From Octopus bimaculoides (Eukaryota): DNA of 44,326 nt. Below, piece by piece: positions 35,523 to 44,326 of this stretch. The notes beneath the pieces are model-generated. The model ran no database searches, was not told where the DNA came from, and was given only the letters and a program-made list of their open reading frames with translations. The stretch covers positions 3,369,310 through 3,413,635 of the forward strand of contig NC_069007.1 of the NCBI RefSeq assembly GCF_001194135.2, written 5' to 3'. How positions within the stretch are numbered: position 1 is the stretch's first letter; every line of letters begins with the position of its first letter. Both the position numbers and the translations under genes were made by a program.

Positions 35523-35835
35523 TTGTTGTTGTTGGCACTCCGTCGCTTACGACGTCGAGGGTTCCAGTTGATCCGATCAACGGAACAGCCTGCTTGTGAA
35601 ATTAACGTGCAAGTGGCTGAGCACTCCACAGACACGTGTATCCTTAACGTAGTTCTCGGGGATATTCAGTGTGACACAGTGTGACAACGCTGACCCTTTG
35701 AATTACAGGCACAACAGAAACAGGAAGTAAGAGTGAGAGAAAGTTGTAGTGGAAGAGTACAGCAGGGTTCGCCACCATCCCCTGCCGGAGCCTCGTGGAG
35801 CTTTAGGTGTTTTCGCTCAATAAACACTCACAACG
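35523..35835. mobile_element. Another SINE-like family copy (related fragments at ~28470-28600, 39250-39420, 41530-42019)
   Basis: GTGCAAGTGGCTGAGCACTCCACAGACACG is shared with a diverged copy at ~28490. The 41.5-42 kb copies have minus-strand tRNA-like heads (GGTTTCGATTCCTGG). Confidence 0.55.
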
Positions 35836-36606
35836 NNNNNNNNNNNNNNNNNNNNNNNNNNNNNNNNNNNNNNNNNNNNNNNNNNNNNNNNNNNNNNNNN
35901 NNNNNNNNNNNNNNNNNNNNNNNNNNNNNNNNNNNNNNNNNNNNNNNNNNNNNNNNNNNNNNNNNNNNNNNNNNNNNNNNNNNNNNNNNNNNNNNNNNNN
36001 NNNNNNNNNNNNNNNNNNNNNNNNNNNNNNNNNNNNNNNNNNNNNNNNNNNNNNNNNNNNNNNNNNNNNNNNNNNNNNNNNNNNNNNNNNNNNNNNNNNN
36101 NNNNNNNNNNNNNNNNNNNNNNNNNNNNNNNNNNNNNNNNNNNNNNNNNNNNNNNNNNNNNNNNNNNNNNNNNNNNNNNNNNNNNNNNNNNNNNNNNNNN
36201 NNNNNNNNNNNNNNNNNNNNNNNNNNNNNNNNNNNNNNNNNNNNNNNNNNNNNNNNNNNNNNNNNNNNNNNNNNNNNNNNNNNNNNNNNNNNNNNNNNNN
36301 NNNNNNNNNNNNNNNNNNNNNNNNNNNNNNNNNNNNNNNNNNNNNNNNNNNNNNNNNNNNNNNNNNNNNNNNNNNNNNNNNNNNNNNNNNNNNNNNNNNN
36401 NNNNNNNNNNNNNNNNNNNNNNNNNNNNNNNNNNNNNNNNNNNNNNNNNNNNNNNNNNNNNNNNNNNNNNNNNNNNNNNNNNNNNNNNNNNNNNNNNNNN
36501 NNNNNNNNNNNNNNNNNNNNNNNNNNNNNNNNNNNNNNNNNNNNNNNNNNNNNNNNNNNNNNNNNNNNNNNNNNNNNNNNNNNNNNNNNNNNNNNNNNNN
36601 NNNNNN

Positions 36607-36607
<1 letters not shown>
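35836..36607. other. Largest assembly gap (N run). Others at 2246-2353, 3316-3459, 24223-24511, 32261-32437, 38831-39074, 42060-42323 and two 10-N gaps
   Basis: Runs of n, mostly abutting (TA)n or (CA)n tracts. Confidence 0.98.
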
Positions 36608-36642
<35 letters not shown>

Positions 36643-38679
36643 AGACATATGTATATATATAAATATATATACATATATACATGTATATATGCACACATAC
36701 AGACATGTATATATAAATATATATATATATATATACATAACACACACACACGCACGCACAATTCCAGTGACTCTCCAAGCACTACGTACAAAACAATGTG
36801 TGTGTGTGTGTGCATGTACATGCATGCATGTATGCACATACGTGTGTGCATGTGTGTGTGCATATCCATACTTACATGGAATGTAATGACAAGAACAAAG
36901 GCATCTATGATGACAGCTGGAATGACAATAGATGCCTTGGTAAATACCATTCCTGCTGGTTGACATTTCTCCTGGGAAATCAGAAGTCAACTTAATTTGG
37001 GAAGTGTCGCTTGAGATAAAAAAAAAAAAACACTCTAAAATCACCCCATGAAAAACATCTAAAAAGTCACACACACACACACACACGCAGAGCTAGGGTT
37101 GCCAAAAAACAAAAACAAAAAAGGCAAAAACAAAGGATGTTAAACAAAATCTCCAACTTCCATATTTTGTGAAACTAAATTCTAGAACAACAGGAGATAA
37201 GATTCTGATGAGGAGGTGTGGGGGGAGGGGTGTTAAACCTATTTTAAGGTCGGGCGCAGGTATGGCAGCGTGGGTGTGAAGTTTGCTTTGAATCCCTGTG
37301 CTAATGTGGTTTCAGTTCAAGTCCCACTGTAAGGTACCTTGAACAAGAGTTCTCTGCTCCATAGCCCCAGAATGGTCAATGCTTTGTCAGTGAATTTGGT
37401 AGGCAGAAACTGTGTGGTAAGTAGCTTGCTTACCAACCACATGGTTCCGGGTTCAGTCCCACTGCATGGCACCTTGGGCAAGTGTCATCTACTATAGCCT
37501 CGGGCCGACCAAAACTTTTTGAGTGGATTTGGTAGACGGAAAGTGAAAGATGCCTGTCGTATATATATATATGTGTGTGTTTGTGTTTGTCCGTCCCCCC
37601 CCCACCATCGCTTGACAACCGATGCTGGTGTGTTTACGTCCCCGTAACATAGCGGTTCAGCAAAAGGGAACAATAGAATAAGTCCTGAGGTTGATTTGTT
37701 TGACTAAAGGTGGTGCTCCAGCATGGCCGCAGTCAAATGACTGAAACGAGTAAAAGAGTATGTGTGTGTGTACATATATATCGTGGCACTCTTCAAGGTT
37801 GTGCCCCAGCATGGCCGCAGTCTATCGACTGAAACAAGTACAGGATGACAGAAGATATCGTGAAAGAGAGCCCTTCACATGCTAAAAACAATCCAAGTTT
37901 CACAAGATGCAATATTTTAAGGAGTAAATATTTTCACTTTCATCAATGAATAGCTCGACAGAGATAGACAGCGTCTCATGCATCGTCACATGGAAGTTTA
38001 ATGAGTCACTGGTTTTAAGAAAGACAGGAGTAACACAAAAATATTTGTCTATTGTGGAAAGTAGATAAACTGGTTGGTCACATATTTACCGCCAAAAGGT
38101 AGTCCCGTCTATTCAGCTTAACCAATGGAGATTTAACCATCACTGCGTGCCAGGTCATACACAACACAGATTTTTTACGTCATGAAATGTATGGGGGATC
38201 TGACAATCTCCACATGCGGCTTTTGAAAAAATATAAAGTAGGCTAATTCTATTGCTTTGTGTGATGGTGGTTTCATGCTTCTATTCAATCTGACCTGTTA
38301 AACAAAAAAAAGTTTCCAGTCAGGCTCACCCATGACAATTCTTTGTTAATCCCTGCTCTACATATTGACCATTGTCGACGTCATATTTATCACCAACACA
38401 ACCAGGACAGGCACATGGGTAGCTGCATGGTTAAAGAAGCTTGCTTCTCAACCATGTGGTCTTCAGTTCGGCCCCGCTCTGTGGCACCTTAGACCAGTGT
38501 CTTCAACTATAGCCCTAGATTGACCAAAGCCTTATGAGCAGATTTGGCAGATGGAAACAAAAAAGCCTGTCCGGTTCGGCAAAAGGGAACAATAGAATAA
38601 GTCCTGAGGTTGATTTGTTTGACTAAAGGTGGTGCTCCAGCATGGCCGCAGTCAAATGACTGAAACAAGTAAAAGAATA

Positions 38680-38723
<44 letters not shown>

Positions 38724-39475
38724 CACACACCTACATACATATATATATATACCTACATGCACATACATGTATATATAACACATTCACATACATGCATACA
38801 TATACAAACGTACGTACATACACACACACANNNNNNNNNNNNNNNNNNNNNNNNNNNNNNNNNNNNNNNNNNNNNNNNNNNNNNNNNNNNNNNNNNNNNN
38901 NNNNNNNNNNNNNNNNNNNNNNNNNNNNNNNNNNNNNNNNNNNNNNNNNNNNNNNNNNNNNNNNNNNNNNNNNNNNNNNNNNNNNNNNNNNNNNNNNNNN
39001 NNNNNNNNNNNNNNNNNNNNNNNNNNNNNNNNNNNNNNNNNNNNNNNNNNNNNNNNNNNNNNNNNNNNNNNNNNCATCCCTTACCAGAAAATCTCATTGG
39101 GGTTCTTCCCCCCTTTTTTTTTCTTTTTCTTTGCACTGTGTTTTCTTTTTTTTTTATTATCGTTTCATTTTCTTTCTTCTCTTGACTGCATTAAGTTTAA
39201 TGAAAGCATTTGATTTAAATACATAAATGAAAAAAATTAGCTAAAAACAAAAAAAAAAGTTTCCCTCCGAGGCATAAGTCCAGGCAAGGTTGTTTATGGA
39301 AGACCAGCAGTCGCTCATGCATACCAGCCTCCCCTCTTCATGCCACTGATGTTATCCAAGGGAAAGGCAAAGGGGCCGAAACAGATCGGCACCAGTGGCA
39401 TCACAACTCATTTCTACAAGGGACGTAAACACGCCAGCATCGGATGTCAAGTGATGTTGGGGGAACAAACACAAC

Positions 39476-39507
<32 letters not shown>

Positions 39508-42323
39508 CATATGTACTCTCGGAGTGGTTAGGGTTAGGAAGGGCATCCAGCTGTAGAAACTCTGCCAAATCAGATTGGAGCCTGGTGTAGCCATCTGGTT
39601 TCACCAGTCCTCAGTCAAATCGTCCAACCCATGCTAGCATGGAAAGCGGACGTTAAACGACGATGATGATGATGATGATATACATGACAGGCTTCTTTCA
39701 GTTTCCGTCTACCAAATCCACTCATAAGGCTTTGGTCGGTCCGAGGCTATAGTAGAAGACACTTGCCCAAGGTGCCACGCAGCGGGACTGAACCCAGAAC
39801 CATGTGGTTAGGAATCAAGCTTCTTACCACACATATCTGTTAATATGTATATATATTTTGGTCAAGTGTCTTCTACTATAGCTTCCGGTCAATCAACGAC
39901 TTGTGAGTGGATTCGTTAGAATGAAACTGAAAGAAGCCCATTGCGTGCGCGTTGTCACGCTTGACATCACATGATGATCGTGGGTGTCACTATGATGCAA
40001 GCAGTGTTGTTCATCTCTAATCTTCTGTGAACACATATCTTGGTCACGAGGAAATATTACTTGGAAACGAGGGTAGGTTGGCAACAGGAAGAGCATCCGA
40101 CCGTAGGAAAACACACCACAACAAAATCGATCAGACCCATGGCAAGCATGGAAAAGTGGACATTAAAATGATGATGATGATGATGATTAAAAAGGAAGCT
40201 GCAGAAAAGAATTTCAAAGAGTTGTTAACTCTACTGGCAACAAAGCGATTCATTATCTTTGAGTGAAAGGCAGACTGTGTGGTGCTTGTGAAAGAAATGT
40301 TATGTTTTATGGTAATAAGATGTACATATTGAATGCAAAGAATGTGCAAAGATTAGCAAAAAAAACAACGAAAGAAAGAAGTGAGTCTGTTCCACAGAAT
40401 ATATAATGTTGGTGCAAATGAACTTTAAATTATAAATGAGCCGAGAGATGTAAGAAAAACCAGATGTAGTTTGTAAGAGGAAAGACTGCACTGGTTGGGA
40501 CTTTTGGTGCAAATGGAAGTTGGATGAAGAATTTAGATTTGGGTAGAGAATTGCCAAAGTGATCCAAGTGGAAGGAAATTGCTGAAGAGGAAGAGAACTG
40601 AAGAATACGTGTGAAGAATTGGTGAATGTTTATCTTAGGATGGTGAAGTTCATGAAGGAAAAGGGTAAAGAAATGCCACATGAACTGAGACATGGTGTTG
40701 GAGAAGGTTTTTCTAACCTCTGCAGAAATATTTAATGGTAATATATAACCACACATACACACAAGTACATACATAAAAATACACACACACACACACAAAT
40801 TTGTTTACTTTTTTTTTATGTTCTTCCATGTTAGGATAGGCTAGACACAGATATTAGTGTGGTATCATTTTACAACCAGACGCCCTTCCCGTTGCTAAAC
40901 CTTACCTGTTTTTCAAATAAGGGATTTTTCATTCCACTCCTCTTTGAAAGCATGGTGCTAGCAGACAATCCGTTTGGCAGAGAATTGCCAACAAGTAACA
41001 CCATATATGTACGTGTGTGTGTGTGTGTGTGTGTATCATTATCATCATCGTTTAACGTCCGTTTTCCATGCTGGCATGGGTTGGATGGTCTGACTGGGGA
41101 CTGGCAAGCCAGGAGGCTGCACCAGGCTCCAATCTCATCTGGCAAGGTTTCTACAGCTGGATGCCCTTCCTAATGCCAACCACTCTGAGAGTGTAGTGGG
41201 TGCTTTTTACGTGCCACCAGCATGGGAGCCAGTCAGGCAGTACTGGCATTGGCCATGTCTGGTTGGTGTTTTTTACATGCTGCCGGCACAGGGAGCCAGT
41301 CAGGTGGCACTGACTTTATATATATATAAATTAAGCATAAAATAGAGAAATCTTGATCAACAACAATTGGCTAACATCAATTATTATTTTTTAATATAAA
41401 ACTTTATCCCATCTAACAGTCGTTTCTGCTTCCAATGTTCTACGGTGTTGCCATTGAAAATTCTGAGAATAATATTCGTCGTATTTTGTAACATATACAA
41501 TCGGATATACAGTCGCCCAACCATATCAGCTTCCCTTCTCCACACCATTGATGTTATCCAAGGAAAAGGAAAAGGGGCCGATAGAGCTTGGCACCAGTGA
41601 CATTGCATCTCATTTCTTCAAAAGCTGACTGAACTGGAACATGAAATAAAGTGTCTTGCTCAAGAACACAACATACAGCCTGGTCTAGGAATCCAACTCA
41701 CTACCTATTAATTACGAGCCCAACGCTATAACCACTGAGCTATGCACCTTCACTATATATAAATAAAATAAATGTGCCCTTTTAAAGCCAAGCCAGGCTC
41801 ATGGGCCCAGTTTCCCGGTTTCAATGGCGTATGTGTTCCCCAACTGGACGGGACACCAGTCCATCGCAGTGTTACTCATTTTTGCCAGCTGAGTGGACTG
41901 GAGCAACATGAAATGAAGTGTTTTGCTCAAGAACACAACGCGTCGCCCAGTCCAGGAATCGAAACCACAATCTTACGATCATGATGCTGACACCCTAACC
42001 ACTAAACCAAGTGCCTCCACTTCACTATATATAAATAAAATAAATGTGCCCTTTTAAAGNNNNNNNNNNNNNNNNNNNNNNNNNNNNNNNNNNNNNNNNN
42101 NNNNNNNNNNNNNNNNNNNNNNNNNNNNNNNNNNNNNNNNNNNNNNNNNNNNNNNNNNNNNNNNNNNNNNNNNNNNNNNNNNNNNNNNNNNNNNNNNNNN
42201 NNNNNNNNNNNNNNNNNNNNNNNNNNNNNNNNNNNNNNNNNNNNNNNNNNNNNNNNNNNNNNNNNNNNNNNNNNNNNNNNNNNNNNNNNNNNNNNNNNNN
42301 NNNNNNNNNNNNNNNNNNNNNNN

Positions 42324-42354
<31 letters not shown>

Positions 42355-43343
42355 GTATGTTACGTATGTATATATATTTATGTTATGTGTATATGTATGT
42401 ATGTATATTTAGTCTATATCCAGAATATATAATCTGGAGTTGTAGGTTTAGCAATTAGCGTCGGTGTATGGAGGGGGGGTTACTGGGGTTACTGACATTG
42501 CATAACACAGCACAGAGTATATGACTTAATTAAGTGGTCTAAATCAATAAGTATATCTTGTGTTTATCTTTATTATTTCACAGCAAATAGAAAAATAAAG
42601 TAAGTTGTCAAGATGACAAAATACTCTTTTTTTACATATATATTTTCCTTCCCTTCATTTAAAAAAACAAAACAAAACAAAAACATTCGGTGCAGTGCCA
42701 AGACAAAACAGAAGATTCTTTCTCTCGCTCCTTTTCTCTCTCTCCCTTTCTCTCTCTCTCCTAACATTGAAGCCAAACATTCAGGTTCCATCTTGCATGT
42801 TCCAATTTTAGACCAGACAATTCCCTTGTACTGCCACCACCCACTGACTACATTGCATTGGATGATTCCATTAGTTTGCAAGGGTAAGCATTCCTACGGT
42901 GCCAACATCAACATCTGTCGCTTTCTGTTTGCTTTGCATTCAGCTTCACTTCCCAACAGAAATAATTGCCCCCACCCTGCTCACCCCCTTTTTTTTCTAA
43001 CCTTTCCTCTGTTACCAATCACTAAATTTGTACATTTGCCTAAATCCACAGGTCACCGACCCTCTTTCCTTCCCCCGCCCACCCCCTAGGCAGCGCTCCA
43101 AGTTGCAGTTAACCTTTTAGCGTTCAGATTACTGTCAAACGAATTGCCTATTCATTCACATGAATTAATTAATCCTGCATTATCTCGTAGCTTTGAGATT
43201 TCAATGATGCGATTGTTTGTTTTTAGAATGACATTGCAGGGTAAATGTGAGAGGCCAGAGCTGGCCAGTTTCAACATAAAACAGGTAGAGTATTTAGGCC
43301 AGATATGGGTGGTTTAACCTCTTAGCATTCAGATTACTCTGTC

Positions 43344-43344
<1 letters not shown>

Positions 43345-43378
<34 letters not shown>

Positions 43379-43568
43379 GTTTAACGTCCGCTTTCCATGC
43401 TAGCATGGGTTGGACGATTTGACTGAGGACTGGTGAAACCGGATGGCAACACCAGGCTCCAGTCTGATTTGGCAGAGTTTCTACAGCTGGATGCCCTTCC
43501 TGACGCCAACCACTCAGAGAGTGTAGTGGGTGCTTTTACGTGCCACCGGCACGACAGCCAGTCAGGCG
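43345..43568. mobile_element. High-identity repeat starting (CAT)nCGTTTAACGTCCGCTTTCCATGC, probably a LINE 3' tail (representative). Other copies near 14172-14520, 18925-19025, 23780-23880, 26568-26772, 41038-41310 and, inverted, 32181-32260 and 39515-39678
   Basis: Near-identical ~200-bp blocks abutting (CAT)n or (GAT)n tracts. Confidence 0.75.
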
Positions 43569-44326
43569 GACATCATAGGATAGGTGTGAGAGGCTGAATC
43601 TGGCCAGTTTGGACATAAGACCCATAGAAAAACATGGCTGGTTTAGTCTCCTAGCACTCAGATTACTCTGTCAAATGTAATATTTATTTCTTCACATTGT
43701 TTTGAATTAATCAAACATTATCTTGAAGCTTCGAGATTTCAACGATGCAATTTTTTTTTCTTCTTCTATAGTTTCACCGCCGTTATAATTTTAGAATGAC
43801 ATTGTAGGATAGGTGTGAGAGGGTGGATCTGGTCAGTGTGAATATAAAACAAGTAGAATAAATCTGCCTCAATGCAAAATTCCATGCAAGCACAGAAAAG
43901 TGGACATGAACTTATGATGACGACAACGATGACGAAAACGGTAACAATGACAACAACAACAATGGCAATGACAATGATGATGATGCTGATGATGATGTGA
44001 CTGCTGGTTTAACCAAATCTCCTTCTCATTGTCACGTTTATGCTTCACTGGGTCAAAAAGGGGGGGGGGGTCAAGAAAGTGTGTGGGTCAGCTGATAAGA
44101 CCAGCACCAAAAAAACAATTAGTCAAAGTATGGCACCAAGTCATCGGTCACTGCAACAGTAACAGCAGCAGCAGCAGTAGTAGTAGTAGTAGTGAATTAG
44201 TATTATTTGATCCGTCTGAGTCTGGAAACACCGAAAATTAAGTTGGCCTTCATCAAAATTAGGTTGACCTTTGCCCCACCACCACCACCGCTCTGGCAAG
44301 AGTTAATCTGAAGTGAGGAGATGAGA

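Noticed and set aside
40870-41000. Strong minus-strand donor CAG|GTAAGG with a short ORF
   Set aside because: It lies in a dispersed repeat; the ORF ends in phase 0, and the phase-2 frame needed for exon A has a stop.
1-44326. Most ORFs in the six-frame track ([12 protein letters not shown], poly-I/N/D, X runs)
   Set aside because: They are translations of microsatellites, SINE bodies or N gaps, with no splice or motif support.

Overview
AT-rich, microsatellite- and SINE-saturated metazoan genomic DNA with assembly gaps. The repeat style suggests a cephalopod such as Octopus (inference, not verified). One protein-coding gene is supported: a minus-strand ceramide synthase (CerS/LASS/schlank family; homeodomain plus TLC/Lag1p domain). 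It was rebuilt from nine GT-AG, phase-consistent coding exons (27208 to 11551, about 306 aa). Its first coding exon was not found (outside the window or in an N gap). Nearly all ORFs in the supplied track are microsatellite or repeat artefacts. Introns and flanks hold tRNA-headed SINEs, RTE-type LINE remnants, and mariner, hAT, Tigger/pogo and TTAA-type MITEs. There are also two ~100-bp-arm inverted repeats and a 4.5-kb head-to-tail SINE array. The most notable hidden signal is a set of hammerhead-ribozyme folds with palindromic helix III. Five lie sense to the CerS gene: an intact canonical core (24615-24670), a G3:C8 swapped core (30333-30383), an extended U4C fold (27592-27713), one inside a tRNA-headed SINE (22349-22390) and one decayed (17855-17898). 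All structures were read by eye; no folding, alignment or database search was run.
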